The notes under the pieces were generated by a model. That model was not told the DNA's origin. It searched no databases and saw only the letters and a list, made by a program, of their open reading frames with translations. DNA of 64,000 nucleotides, taken from NCBI GenBank assembly GCA_035637535.1, contig DASPWZ010000049.1, positions 42,539-106,538 on the forward strand. Reading direction: 5' to 3'. The stretch comes from Candidatus Dormiibacterota bacterium. GTDB taxonomy: Archaea > Thermoproteota > Bathyarchaeia > 40CM-2-53-6. Position 1 is the stretch's first letter; every line of letters begins with the position of its first letter. Below are positions 17,206 through 27,713 of the stretch, one piece after another. The position numbers and the translations under genes are program-made.

Positions 17206-19134
17206 CTAACGGACTAATCTCCAAAGGATCAGGATTGTTCCAATGATCCCGATGAGCATCGAGCCGAGATAGTTTCCTAGAAGATAGCCTAGGGGCCATG
17301 CGTAGCTAGTGAACCAGTCCCGCATGTACGGGTTCGATTGGTACTCTGACGAGAGAGCCGCGGACAGACCCAGTATTGTGAGGAATTGGCTGATCACAAT
17401 TGCGCCAAGGGTTCTTCCAATTGCATGAGGTTCCCGAACGATTAATTTTGGAGCGACTTTGATCTTTTTCGGCCTTGGGTCGGGAATTAGGAGAGAGCTC
17501 AAAGCTCCGAGGGAGACGAAGATGCCGGCTGTAAACGCAGCCCACCGGGTCCCCTGAGTAAGCGCATCAAAGATGATGCCTCTCGCGGCAGGCCAATTTG
17601 CACCAAAGCTGGCGATGAGCGATGGGTCGATTCCTCCCGATAATCCCGAATTGAAGGCGGCCTTCAAGATAGCGATTCCCGTCTGGCCAAAATTGACCGT
17701 ACTGGCTGCGAGCTCAGCCTGTCCCACGGTGGATATCTGAGCTACTAGTATAGCCCCAATTACAGCGATTCCGAAGGCTGACCCGATCTGTCTAACGGTA
17801 TTGTTGGCCCCAGATCCTAAACCAGCTTTCTGCCAGGGTATGCTCATCAAGACCGTGCTTGTAACCTGGCTGATCGCCAGCCCAACCCCAGCGCCATAGA
17901 CGACAAGGACGGGATAGAGGTAGTAGACGGGGTTGGAGATGCTGATGATCTGAGACATACTGAAGAGCGCAGCAGCCTCCAGAACCATGCCCGTTGTGAT
18001 AATCCACTTGGGTCCGAAGCGAGTAGCTAGAACGCCGGCGATGGGGGCGAATATGAACACTGAGATAGCCATCGGTAGGAATGTGAGACCTGCGCTGATC
18101 GCGGACAATCCCTTGACCGTCTGCAGGAATATTGAGATGATGAAGACCGCCCCAAACTCGCCCATCGCAACGATTGTAACCGTGAATAGCCCATAGCGGA
18201 AGCCCTTGTACTTGAGTAGACTGAAATCAAACAGAGGCACTCTTCCCTTCCTTGCACGGCGAATCTCGTAGAAAGTGAACACGCCAAGTAGAACGATTCC
18301 GGAGATTATCGAGACCAGAGGGAGCGATAGTGGGTTTGAGTTCGACCATGAGAAAGCTCCGGCAGAGAACTCCTGGTTAGGAACCAGCCAACCATAAGTT
18401 TGGGCCTCGATGAGGCCGAACAAGACACTCGCCAAACCGACGGTGATCAAGACTAGCCCAGGATAGTCAGTCGTGTATTTTGGATCTTTGAAGCGAGTCT
18501 CTCTGATAACTAACGCGGCCCCGACTAGGGCGGCGATCCCAATTGGAATATTGATGAAGAACGCCCATCGCCACGAAACGTATGTTGTAAAGTACCCGCC
18601 TAGGACTGGACCTAGAACCGCTGCCGCTCCTGCCGTCGCGCCCCATATGCCAAAAGCTACGTTTCGCGATTTGCCAGTGAACGTCGTGGTTAAGATCGAG
18701 AGAGTGGAGGGAGAGGCCATAGCTGCCCCGAATCCTTGGATGACTCGGCCCACAAGCATCTGGGATAGATTGAGTGAGAATCCGTCGATAATAGATCCGA
18801 CGATGAACGTGGCGATTCCGGCCATGAAGATCAGTTTTCTGCCGAATTCATCGCTCAGTTTCCCCCAAGAGAGGAGGAACGAGCCGAAGATGAGTGCGTA
18901 GAGGGATGTGATCCATTCTAGATCCTTGAGGCTGATGCTGAAGTCTTTCTGGATTTGAGGCAGAGCGACAATCACTATCGTTGCGTCAATGACGATGATC
19001 GCGAGGGAGAGGCTCAGAACGAGTAGAATGAGGAGCTGCTTAGGCTGGATCTTTCCTGATTCTGATTGTGCGGACTGGGCCGCCGATCCTTCCCAGTTCT
19101 GGCCAGACTCCTTGCCTTGATACTCCCGCGACAT
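17206..19134 (-). CDS. MFS DHA2 (EmrB/QacA) efflux transporter with an extra C-terminal membrane domain
   Basis: IDATIVIVALP, GKLSDEFGRK, GRVIQGFGAA, WRWAFFINIPIG, plus about 70 aa of extra 2-TM tail. Confidence 0.92.
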   Translation of the reverse strand: MSREYQGKESGQNWEGSAAQSAQSESGKIQPKQLLILLVLSLSLAIIVIDATIVIVALPQIQKDFSISLKDLEWITSLYALIFGSFLLSWGKLSDEFGRKLIFMAGIATFIVGSIIDGFSLNLSQMLVGRVIQGFGAAMASPSTLSILTTTFTGKSRNVAFGIWGATAGAAAVLGPVLGGYFTTYVSWRWAFFINIPIGIAALVGAALVIRETRFKDPKYTTDYPGLVLITVGLASVLFGLIEAQTYGWLVPNQEFSAGAFSWSNSNPLSLPLVSIISGIVLLGVFTFYEIRRARKGRVPLFDFSLLKYKGFRYGLFTVTIVAMGEFGAVFIISIFLQTVKGLSAISAGLTFLPMAISVFIFAPIAGVLATRFGPKWIITTGMVLEAAALFSMSQIISISNPVYYLYPVLVVYGAGVGLAISQVTSTVLMSIPWQKAGLGSGANNTVRQIGSAFGIAVIGAILVAQISTVGQAELAASTVNFGQTGIAILKAAFNSGLSGGIDPSLIASFGANWPAARGIIFDALTQGTRWAAFTAGIFVSLGALSSLLIPDPRPKKIKVAPKLIVREPHAIGRTLGAIVISQFLTILGLSAALSSEYQSNPYMRDWFTSYAWPLGYLLGNYLGSMLIGIIGTILILWRLVR

Positions 19135-19253
19135 AGGAACACGCCGCTCTGATGGGGGTAATCAACCTCTCTTTTCGCAACTCCTTCGGGAGTCTGAATA
19201 GGATCTCAGACTCCAACATTTTATGTGCCTCATGACTCTCCGGGAGTTCTATC

Positions 19254-20042
19254 ATGACGAATGAGGTCACTGTGATTACTGGTGGGAGCAGCGGAATAGG
19301 AGCGGCCTTAGCCAAGCAACTCGGGTCCAAGGGTCATCAACTCGTACTCGCAGCAAGACGCGAGAAGGAACTGAAGGAGGTTGCGAAACAAGCCGGGACG
19401 AGAGCGTTGGTCGTGCGAACAGATGTCACGCGTAGAGCCGACGTTGAAGATCTTCGGAGCCAAGCACTAAAAGAGTACGGACATGTAGATGTCTGGGTAA
19501 ACAACGCTGGCCGGGGAATCACGAAGTCAGTGCTCGACCTAACAGACCAGGATGTCGACGAGATAACTTCTGTTGTTCTTAAATCGGTTCTCTACGGGAT
19601 GCAAGCTATCATTCCTCACTTTCAAGAACGCGGCCGAGGACATTTGATCAACGTCTCTTCCCTTCTCGGAAGAGTTCCACTCGTGAGCCACCGGTCGATC
19701 TACAGTGCAGCAAAGAGCGGGGTCAACGTACTCACCGCGAACGCGCGCATGGACCTCAAAGCCAAGTATGCTGGAATTCACGTCTCGCTGGTCATGCCTG
19801 GAATGGTCGAGACAGATTTTTACAGAGTTGCCAACACGCCCCAAGTACCAAGAGCAGGCAGTCAAGTCGGCCCGATGATCGTCCAGTCAGCGGAGGAAGT
19901 CGCGGCACAGATTGTACGACTAATCGAGAATCCTGTGGCGGAGCTCTACACGAATCCAGCCTCGGCCGGTCTGGTGTCGCAATACTATCAGGATGTCAGC
20001 AAGTTCGAGGAGAACATGGCTCGGCGAACACCGTCCAGCTAG
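19254..20042 (+). CDS. SDR family oxidoreductase
   Basis: TGGSSGIG, NNAG, YSAAK. Confidence 0.95.
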   Translation: MTNEVTVITGGSSGIGAALAKQLGSKGHQLVLAARREKELKEVAKQAGTRALVVRTDVTRRADVEDLRSQALKEYGHVDVWVNNAGRGITKSVLDLTDQDVDEITSVVLKSVLYGMQAIIPHFQERGRGHLINVSSLLGRVPLVSHRSIYSAAKSGVNVLTANARMDLKAKYAGIHVSLVMPGMVETDFYRVANTPQVPRAGSQVGPMIVQSAEEVAAQIVRLIENPVAELYTNPASAGLVSQYYQDVSKFEENMARRTPSS

Positions 20043-20217
20043 CCCTGCCCAGAAAAGCTGATACTAGTCTCCATCCAGGCTCCGGGGAAAAGTTGTAGAG
20101 CTTCGACGAAGTGGGAGTAGCGTTCCAGGCCAGGGTGTCATGTGCTGAACATTCTAAACTCTGTTTCACCCCACCCCGCACCGACTTCAAATTCCGACTC
20201 ACACTTTGATAGGGATC

Positions 20218-20580
20218 TTATCCAAGTTTCATTTGGCTTCTTCTAGCACTGTGGGCTTCCATGCTGGTCCTTGCGTTTTCATATGCGAGCCGGATGAGTC
20301 TCTTGGCAGCTTCAAGATCTTCCGGCTTCTCGATCCTGAAGCTTACCCATCCGGCCTGAGGAGCAAATCTGTGGGGGAGAGCCGTCCCATTCTTCAGCTC
20401 TTTTTCCTGGTCGCTCTTTGAGAGGCGTATGTCGAGAAAAGACGGTCCGTGGTGGTGCATGAATTCGAGACCTTCAACTTGGAATTCTGTTCCTCCGAAG
20501 CGGTGAGCCTCTTGGGTCACGCCTGGAAGTTGCAATATCCAGGCCTTCAAGCTCTCTAAGAGTTCGTTCCGATCTACCAT
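20218..20580 (-). CDS. DUF5519/luciferase-like (YjbR-fold) protein
   Basis: HRFGGTEF...HHH...LDIRL...PHRFAPQAGWVSF...LIRLAYE. Confidence 0.75.
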   Translation of the reverse strand: MVDRNELLESLKAWILQLPGVTQEAHRFGGTEFQVEGLEFMHHHGPSFLDIRLSKSDQEKELKNGTALPHRFAPQAGWVSFRIEKPEDLEAAKRLIRLAYENARTSMEAHSARRSQMKLG

Positions 20581-20709
20581 GACTAGCCCTCACCACTCGT
20601 CAACTGGACGCATGTATTTGTTGACCAGCATCCGCCTTCGGCTCGTTATTTCATAGAGGTTGTATAGAACTAGATAACCACTCAAAAGTCAACAGGAAAG
20701 AGTGACAAT

Positions 20710-21273
20710 ATGGCGCAATCCTCGAAACTTGCGATCCTCGGAATATCTGGCAGCGGGCGAAAAAGATCCTTTAACACTGCTCTACTGGAAGCAGCGAAAC
20801 AGCTTCTCCCACAGAACGCAACTCTTGAAGTCGTTGATGTCTCAAGACTACCACTGTACAATCAGGATCTTGAACATGGAATGCCCGTGGATGTCAAGGA
20901 ACTCAAGAAGAAGATTCGTGACGCTGACGCAATTCTGATCGCCACCCCCGAACACAACTATTCCATCACAGCGATTCTCAAGAACGCGATCGAATGGGGC
21001 AACAGGCCGCCGAAAGACGCCTCGTGGAGCGGCAAACCCGCTGCTATCGTCAGCGCCTCAACGTCGCTGCGAGGAGGAGCCAGAGCTCAACTCCACCTTC
21101 GACAGATCATGATCGACCTAAACATGTACCCGATCAATAGGCCTCAGCTATTGGTCGCGAATGCTCGAGAGAAATTCAATGAAAATCTGCAACTGGCTGA
21201 CGAGGAGACTCTCCAGACCCTACGAGATGTTCTCTCAAGCCTCGTAGAGTGGACGCACAGACTTCAGCGATAA
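20710..21273 (+). CDS. NADPH-dependent FMN reductase
   Basis: GISGSGRKRSFN, TPEHNYSITAILKNAIEW, GGARAQLHLRQ. Confidence 0.93.
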   Translation: MAQSSKLAILGISGSGRKRSFNTALLEAAKQLLPQNATLEVVDVSRLPLYNQDLEHGMPVDVKELKKKIRDADAILIATPEHNYSITAILKNAIEWGNRPPKDASWSGKPAAIVSASTSLRGGARAQLHLRQIMIDLNMYPINRPQLLVANAREKFNENLQLADEETLQTLRDVLSSLVEWTHRLQR

Positions 21274-21359
21274 CGCCGAATGTCTCGTGAAATCCACATT
21301 CCTACTACTTGAATAAGACTAATGAACCCTATAAAATCGACACGGTCCTCGAAAGAAAA

Positions 21360-21980
21360 ATGCGAAATATCAAACGATGGGCAACAACAACCGTGCTAGC
21401 AGCCGTTATCTTGTTGGTAGTAATCCCCTCAACCACACCCCACGTCTATGGGGCCGCCATTCCCTGCCTCTCCACTTCAAAGTGTAGCATCTCAATCCTA
21501 TCTCCAGGGTCAGGTGCAATTCTAAACAAGGGTCAGACTGTCAACTCATCTTTTCTGGTGTCATTCCTAGTCAACAATTTCACCTTGGTACAACCCGGGA
21601 GGGGGACGCCCTTCGATGTCAACACAACCACAGTGGCTGCTGGTGCCACTAATCCTGCTCACAACGAGGGCCACATACACGTTTTCGTCGACAACGTATA
21701 CGTCACCATCTGGACTAGCACAAACGGCATACCCTTGACACTGGTCCCTGGGACTCATACTATCCGGCTGGACTTAGTAAATGATTTTCACAACGAGTTC
21801 AATCCAGGAATCAACGCAACGACCACGGTAAACGTCGTTGATCCACTTCATTCGGCTGCCAACAGTGCCCAAAGCAATGCTGGTAATGCGATGTACTATA
21901 GTCTCGGTGCCCTAGTAGCCTCTGTCGTAAGCGTCATACTCGTGGCGTACGTTGCGTTCAAACCAAAACCAAAGCCGTAG
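21360..21980 (+). CDS. Secreted, C-terminally anchored His-motif protein (DUF4399-like)
   Basis: Signal peptide, HNEGHIHVFVD, GTHTIRLDLVNDFH, C-terminal TM plus KPKPKP. Confidence 0.65.
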   Translation: MRNIKRWATTTVLAAVILLVVIPSTTPHVYGAAIPCLSTSKCSISILSPGSGAILNKGQTVNSSFLVSFLVNNFTLVQPGRGTPFDVNTTTVAAGATNPAHNEGHIHVFVDNVYVTIWTSTNGIPLTLVPGTHTIRLDLVNDFHNEFNPGINATTTVNVVDPLHSAANSAQSNAGNAMYYSLGALVASVVSVILVAYVAFKPKPKP

Positions 21981-22038
21981 TTAGGGGTCGCCTGATTTGG
22001 GGACCCTGCCCCATTTTTTCCAATTCCCACTTCTAAGA

Positions 22039-22566
22039 ATGGGTCTCTCACTGATTCTTGCGAGCCTATGCATTTTTCCTATGCTCCACTCTTCCACACT
22101 GTTTGTTCGAGCCAGCACTCCCACATATTCGGCATCCATAGTTGACTATGCTTACCAACCAAAGGTCATCAACATTACCACGGGAACAGAGGTAATCTGG
22201 ACCTATGTCAGCAGCGGACGGGACAGGCACACCGTCTCCTCAACGCCACAGACGAATATTACCCAGGGAGGGACGCCTCTAATCAGCAGCGGAACTTTGA
22301 ACCCCGGCCAAAGCTTTTCTTACATTTTCTACAAACATGGTTTCTATCCGATTCAATGCGGCTTCCATCCAACGATGAACGGTTTGGTTAATGTAACCGG
22401 GTCTGACATCCAACCGCCTCAGTCACCCGTACAAACCTCCTTTGATTATACTCTGTATGCTGTCGTTGGAGGAGTTGCAGCGATTATCGTTGTAATATCA
22501 ATCGCCGTGCTTATGAAGCGTCGAGCCGGAAAGCAGACTGCCGTACCTGGCCAATCCAGATCCTAA
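22039..22566 (+). CDS. Membrane-anchored plastocyanin/azurin-family cupredoxin
   Basis: Type-1 Cu ligands H(TV)...CGFHPTM, signal peptide, C-terminal TM plus KRR. Confidence 0.85.
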   Translation: MGLSLILASLCIFPMLHSSTLFVRASTPTYSASIVDYAYQPKVINITTGTEVIWTYVSSGRDRHTVSSTPQTNITQGGTPLISSGTLNPGQSFSYIFYKHGFYPIQCGFHPTMNGLVNVTGSDIQPPQSPVQTSFDYTLYAVVGGVAAIIVVISIAVLMKRRAGKQTAVPGQSRS

Positions 22567-22801
22567 ACAGTTGAATCGAAACACCACCTAGCGGGATTTT
22601 CGAGAGAGCCGAAAATGCTCCTTCTGTTTCGTTTCTATGTTGTACCACGGAAGCCAGAGAAGGAGTCCTCAACCTGTAAGTTCCTGCCACCATCGCTGGG
22701 TCCTAGACCTACATTGCATCCAGAACACGTCCTTCGTTAAGCACGTCTCCCACCGTTTCTCTCTTAAGTACATCTCACACGCTTTTCCAAGTGCGACATT
22801 C

Positions 22802-25201
22802 ATGCAGGTAGCGACAACTCAGCCCGAGAAGAACGTTCAGCATGTCAGAGAATACGATCTGCTCCTCGATGTAGATTTTGCTGGTCTCAAATATAGCGGC
22901 AAAGTGACAGTAGATCTAGAATCCCTCGGGGACATATCCCTCAATGCTGTGGGCCAAGAGATCGACAGTGTGAAGTCCCGCGGGAGCAAAGTCCCATTCA
23001 AACATGCAGGGAAGATTCTAGAGATTCAGACGGGCAAGTTCTCGGGTCCGTTAGAAATAGAGTTCAATAGTAAAGTCTCCGACAACTTCACCGGGTTCTA
23101 CAAGGCATCCTTTGGAGAAGGCTACATCCTCACCACTCACCTCGAAGCCGTCCAGGCCCGCAAGGTCTTCCCTTGCCTGGACCATCCCGCTTTCAAGGCA
23201 GTGTTCAAGGTTAGTATCCGGACGGACGCGAATCTCTCCGTCATCTCGAACATGCCCATCGAATCCGAGACAACGCAGGGAGACAAGAAGACTGTCACCT
23301 TCAAGAAGACCCCGAAAATGTCCACATACCTCCTCTACTTGGGCGTTGGAAAATTCGTACAGGAGAAGAGCCGGCACGGCGGGACAGAGCTCTACGCGGC
23401 CTACGCAGACCGGCCGACGGGAAAGATCAATACAGAATTCTCATTCGACGCCACACGAAAAGTCTTAGACTTCTACGAGTCATACTTCGGCATCCCCTAC
23501 CAGCTGCCCAAGCTACACAATGTAGCTGTCCCAGAATTTGCGTACGGTGCCATGGAAAACTGGGGAGCCATAACCTATCGAGAAATTCTTCTACACGTTG
23601 ACAAGGACACGAGCATCCGGGCGAGAAAGTCGGTAGCTCATGTGATCGCGCATGAGATTGCTCATATGTGGTTCGGAGATCTGGTCACGATGAAATGGTG
23701 GGATGACCTCTGGCTGAACGAGAGCTTCGCGACATTCATGGACTTCAAATCCACTGACCGAGCTTATCCAGAATGGAAGGTCTGGCAAGATTTTGTCCGA
23801 ACATCCACATCCGGCGCGATGGGCCGTGACGCTCTGACCAAGACCCATCCAATAATGGCGAAGGTCCATGACCCCGAGGAGATAGAGGAATTATTCGACG
23901 AGATAAGCTACGGAAAGGGCGCAAGCATTCTGCGCATGATCGAAGCATATATTGGCTCAGAGAATTTCAAGAAAGGCGTCGCTCGGTATTTGCAGAAATT
24001 CCGCTACAGCAACGCCTCGGGTCACGATCTCTGGTCGAGCCTCCAAGAAGCATCCGGGACGGATGTTAGCCGAATCATGGAAGGCTGGATTAGCCAAGAA
24101 GGCTTTCCGGTCGTAAAAGCCTCGTTGGCCGACGGTAGACTGGTGCTTGAACAGGAGAGGTTTCTCCTGACCGGTGGGACGTCCAAGCAAACCTGGCCGA
24201 TCCCTGTTACAATGAATGTTGACGGCAAGACGCAATCGTTATTGCTCGACAAGAAAAAGGGCGAGGTAAACCTCCCAACAACACCACGATCTCTCAAATT
24301 AAACGTTGACCAGACGGGATTCTACGTCGTCCAGTACAATGGAAAGGAACTGCTAGACCTTGTCTGGAAGAGCGGGCTCTCTCCGCTCGACCGTTGGGGA
24401 TTGATCAGCGACGCCAAAGCCTTTCTCCTGTCCGGACGGACGTCTTTCAAAGAATACATCAAACTAGTCGAGAAGTATCAGAACGAGGAGGAGTATCTTC
24501 CCGCGGTCGAAGTCTCCGACCAGCTCTCATTCCTATACCAGATCGCACCCTCAAAACTAATCGAGACTTCCCGCAAATTCCATAATGCTGGCCTCAGAAT
24601 CTTCGAGGGCAAGAAGGACGACAATAGCACCACCCTGAAGGGCATCATCGCCGTCCGCCTGACTCTGCTAGACGATGTCTATGCGAAGAAGGCCGGTTCT
24701 AAGCTCAATGACCTAGCCAATGTAGAGCCGGACATGAAACGATCAGTTGTTATGGGATACGCTAGATTATCAAACGACTATGACGGCCTCATCAGCAGAT
24801 ATACAGAGAGCACGACGGACGAAGAACGACTAAGATACTTGGAAGGATTAGCCAGCTTCAAGAAGCCCGAACTAGTAGCAAAAACACTGGACTTCGCATT
24901 GAGCAGCAAGGTAAAGAGACAAGACGTCCGCAACGTGATCCTCTACGCCACCGCCAACCCAGATGCGAAAACATCCCTCTGGGAATGGTTCAAGAAGAAC
25001 ATGGCAAAGTTAGAGGAGATGTACGCTGGAACGGCCCAGTTCTCCATCATATTACGAGAATACTTCTCGATTGTCGGCGTCGGCCGCGCGGCTGAGGTCG
25101 AGAAATTCTTCAGCGAGCACAAGGTTATCGGAGCCGACATCGCTTTGGAAAGATTGAGAATCTACGACCAGCTCGCAAAGAAGATCGGTGCAACCACTTA
25201 G
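22802..25201 (+). CDS. M1 family aminopeptidase (tricorn-interacting factor F2/F3-like)
   Basis: GAMENWG, HEIAHMWFG..x18..E (LNESFA), SYGKGA, ERAP1-like C-terminal domain. Confidence 0.95.
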   Translation: MQVATTQPEKNVQHVREYDLLLDVDFAGLKYSGKVTVDLESLGDISLNAVGQEIDSVKSRGSKVPFKHAGKILEIQTGKFSGPLEIEFNSKVSDNFTGFYKASFGEGYILTTHLEAVQARKVFPCLDHPAFKAVFKVSIRTDANLSVISNMPIESETTQGDKKTVTFKKTPKMSTYLLYLGVGKFVQEKSRHGGTELYAAYADRPTGKINTEFSFDATRKVLDFYESYFGIPYQLPKLHNVAVPEFAYGAMENWGAITYREILLHVDKDTSIRARKSVAHVIAHEIAHMWFGDLVTMKWWDDLWLNESFATFMDFKSTDRAYPEWKVWQDFVRTSTSGAMGRDALTKTHPIMAKVHDPEEIEELFDEISYGKGASILRMIEAYIGSENFKKGVARYLQKFRYSNASGHDLWSSLQEASGTDVSRIMEGWISQEGFPVVKASLADGRLVLEQERFLLTGGTSKQTWPIPVTMNVDGKTQSLLLDKKKGEVNLPTTPRSLKLNVDQTGFYVVQYNGKELLDLVWKSGLSPLDRWGLISDAKAFLLSGRTSFKEYIKLVEKYQNEEEYLPAVEVSDQLSFLYQIAPSKLIETSRKFHNAGLRIFEGKKDDNSTTLKGIIAVRLTLLDDVYAKKAGSKLNDLANVEPDMKRSVVMGYARLSNDYDGLISRYTESTTDEERLRYLEGLASFKKPELVAKTLDFALSSKVKRQDVRNVILYATANPDAKTSLWEWFKKNMAKLEEMYAGTAQFSIILREYFSIVGVGRAAEVEKFFSEHKVIGADIALERLRIYDQLAKKIGATT

Positions 25202-25298
25202 GATTCAATTGTTAATTCTTGGTGTGGCTTGGCCGCTCTTTCGTTGTTCGTGAGACGAGGCAGTGGGAGCTGTTCAGTTAATTGGGAAAATGTGGGGA

Positions 25299-25313
25299 GG
25301 ATTTGAACCCACG
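25299..25313. repeat. 15-nt exact direct repeat of the tRNA-Leu T-arm (possible att remnant)
   Basis: GGATTTGAACCCACG also occurs at 28218..28232 in the same orientation. Confidence 0.55.
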
Positions 25314-25456
25314 TCGCGCTCAGCCGAGCCCTCCGTGGACGTTTCTTCATTTGAATTTCTATTTTCGTCGGACATGTTGGTCACCCATGTAATTGTGCTT
25401 GGCTAGCTAAGAACATTCCGGCCGATTTACCAAGTAAGCGACGACGATAGCGGTAC

Positions 25457-25675
25457 ATGAAGTACATGGCCGATGCCAGTCTAGCGCACATTGCTCCGAA
25501 ACTCCGAGACAGAGGCTCAGATTGCGATGCGGTTCAGTTGTTGATGAGGAAGAATGAACACTCTCAAGAGCACATTTCGGATGGCGAGATTGCAAGCATC
25601 CCCAAGAAGGACAAGGTCGCCATCACAATGATCGACTCCGGTATCACCTTCGAAAAGGTAGCCTTGTCTCTCTAA
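25457..25675 (+). pseudogene. Truncated DUF5615/Mut7-C-like PIN-domain protein
   Basis: MKYMADASL..IAPKLRDRG.D...SDGEI...ITMID resembles a PIN N-terminus, but 72 aa is short for the family. Confidence 0.5.
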
Positions 25676-25743
25676 AGATTGCCTAGTCTTAAATACGAAG
25701 AGTCCAGAGTTGGCAATGAAAATCATTGCGCAAACCAAAGATA

Positions 25744-26259
25744 ATGATTCAAATCGGATCGTGTTGTGCCATCCTTGCGGCTCTATCGGTCCTGTCGATT
25801 GGCGTTCCCGTTGTTCACGCGTATGGTAACGCTGCACTTTGGCAGATCGCGCTATCGCAGAACTGCAATAATCCATCCTTCTGCACTCCATTCCAAGGCG
25901 GTTTCTGGCTCTGGGCAGAGTTTGACAGCGACGGTACAGGAGACGCCACCGGTACCGGTTGTGCCCACCTTGTTGCTGGAGGCTCACCAGGAGCGGGCGC
26001 GGACCACTTCAACGCGGATATTCAAGGTTGGACCGTAATGCCCGGCAGCGCAGGACCTCTAACCTTCTTCGTGTTAGGCGGAACCATGACTCTTACTAGC
26101 CATACTGGCGGACCCCCCGTAACAGTCCCAATAGCTCCCCTACCACTTGACACCGGCATTCCCGCCGTAGCTGGTCACTTTTCCACATCAATGATTCTAG
26201 GGTTCACACCGCCGCCTGGCGTGACTTTCGTCATACAAGTAGTGCATTTGACTCATTAG
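25744..26259 (+). CDS. Secreted hypothetical protein
   Basis: Signal peptide ending VHA-YG, CNNPSFC, Gly/Pro-rich beta region; T-rich terminator follows. Confidence 0.7.
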   Translation: MIQIGSCCAILAALSVLSIGVPVVHAYGNAALWQIALSQNCNNPSFCTPFQGGFWLWAEFDSDGTGDATGTGCAHLVAGGSPGAGADHFNADIQGWTVMPGSAGPLTFFVLGGTMTLTSHTGGPPVTVPIAPLPLDTGIPAVAGHFSTSMILGFTPPPGVTFVIQVVHLTH

Positions 26260-26572
26260 ATCAGATCAATCCTTCCTCTCCTTTTTCTTCTAATTATTAC
26301 TACTTTGGGACCCCATACAGGGTCCGGTCGTGCGCATACGGGTGTGAGAGGGGACGGTCAACATTATGCGTCAAGATTTGCGCGACTCCGATTTGTTCGT
26401 TCGGGTCCGATTCGGAAATAATAAACAAGCATATAGTCAATTACTAAGCAGGTCAGTGAGCCACCGAGACCTCGTTGACAAAGGCCTAGGCTCCTTGTGA
26501 TTGGAGGCTGGATTCTGTACCGAGATACAACTATTCAAATAGAAGCCTCTCCGGCATTCAAACGCGAACAGC

Positions 26573-26992
26573 ATGCAATCTCAGCAGCAAACTAAAGGCG
26601 AGGTAATCGCCGAGCTACGGGGGAAGACCGACAGCTTCAGCATCAAAGACATCAGTTCTAGCGGTGTCAAGATGGAGAACAACGACGTTGGCCAGATCAC
26701 AGGCAAGTACCAGGCCAGTTTCATGGAAACGATCAGTATCCACGTGAAAACTGACGGTACAAGCGACTGGGAAGGCAAAGGCATCCAAATGGCAGGGCAG
26801 GACATGGTCGTCACCACGAGTAAAGGTCATGGTCATCAAGCCGGTCCAGGAACAATCGCATTCGAGGGAGACGTTCACTTCATGACCCAATCACCGCGCC
26901 TATCATGGCTCAACAACACAAAGGGATGGGTCGAAGGATCAGCCAACCAGGCTGATCAGACGTTCACCGCAAAAGTCTACGCCAAACAGTGA
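26573..26992 (+). CDS. Hypothetical all-beta protein
   Basis: Clean 139-aa ORF with LSWLNN motif, followed by a T8 tract. Confidence 0.7.
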   Translation: MQSQQQTKGEVIAELRGKTDSFSIKDISSSGVKMENNDVGQITGKYQASFMETISIHVKTDGTSDWEGKGIQMAGQDMVVTTSKGHGHQAGPGTIAFEGDVHFMTQSPRLSWLNNTKGWVEGSANQADQTFTAKVYAKQ

Positions 26993-27713
26993 CAACACAA
27001 CCGCTCTAACATCCAACTTCTCCTTTTTTTTCGCGGCCTAGAAGAGGTCTGTCATGACGTCCGGCCAATGAACAATCCAGAATTTACGTGGGGCTGTACA
27101 CGTTGTTGTTGAGAATATTTCCCGGGTACCCCATTCTATCAATAGCTGACTCTCCTAGGCACTACCACTTCAAAATGCCACCGCGTGCATTCATAGGTTT
27201 GACTCGGGAGGGGCATTCGTTTCGGTGGAGAAGGATCTCCATGGGATGCGACAATTCGCCGAGATAAGCAAACGTCCCAATGCTTCACGTATGCACCGCT
27301 AAAGGCGTAACCCGGACAACGGCTTCCGATTACTATTGTAACGTGGACAAAAACGTCACTGTTTGATTACCGAAAAAATCTGGTGATAAACAACCCAATT
27401 GGTCCCCACCAACTCCACAATCCTCAGTGATGTTCGCTTTCCTATTGTCTTGAGAGGGACCGCGAACGCATTTGCCTATGCGGTGGTGCTGTTGAGTAAG
27501 TAGAAAAGTCCGCAAACAAATGACAACGGCATGCGGACCTGATTGCTGACGGCGCTCTCTTCCCCTTCGGCTAATACGGTCATGAGGGGAAGAGAAGTTA
27601 GCCAACCCGTCAATTATGACAACCGCGGTCGTCTTTCTCTGTTCCTCCTCTTAGTTTTGTGCACACATACTTATCAGCGCGCTCCCCGCTGGGGATGAAA
27701 AGGGAGGGATACC

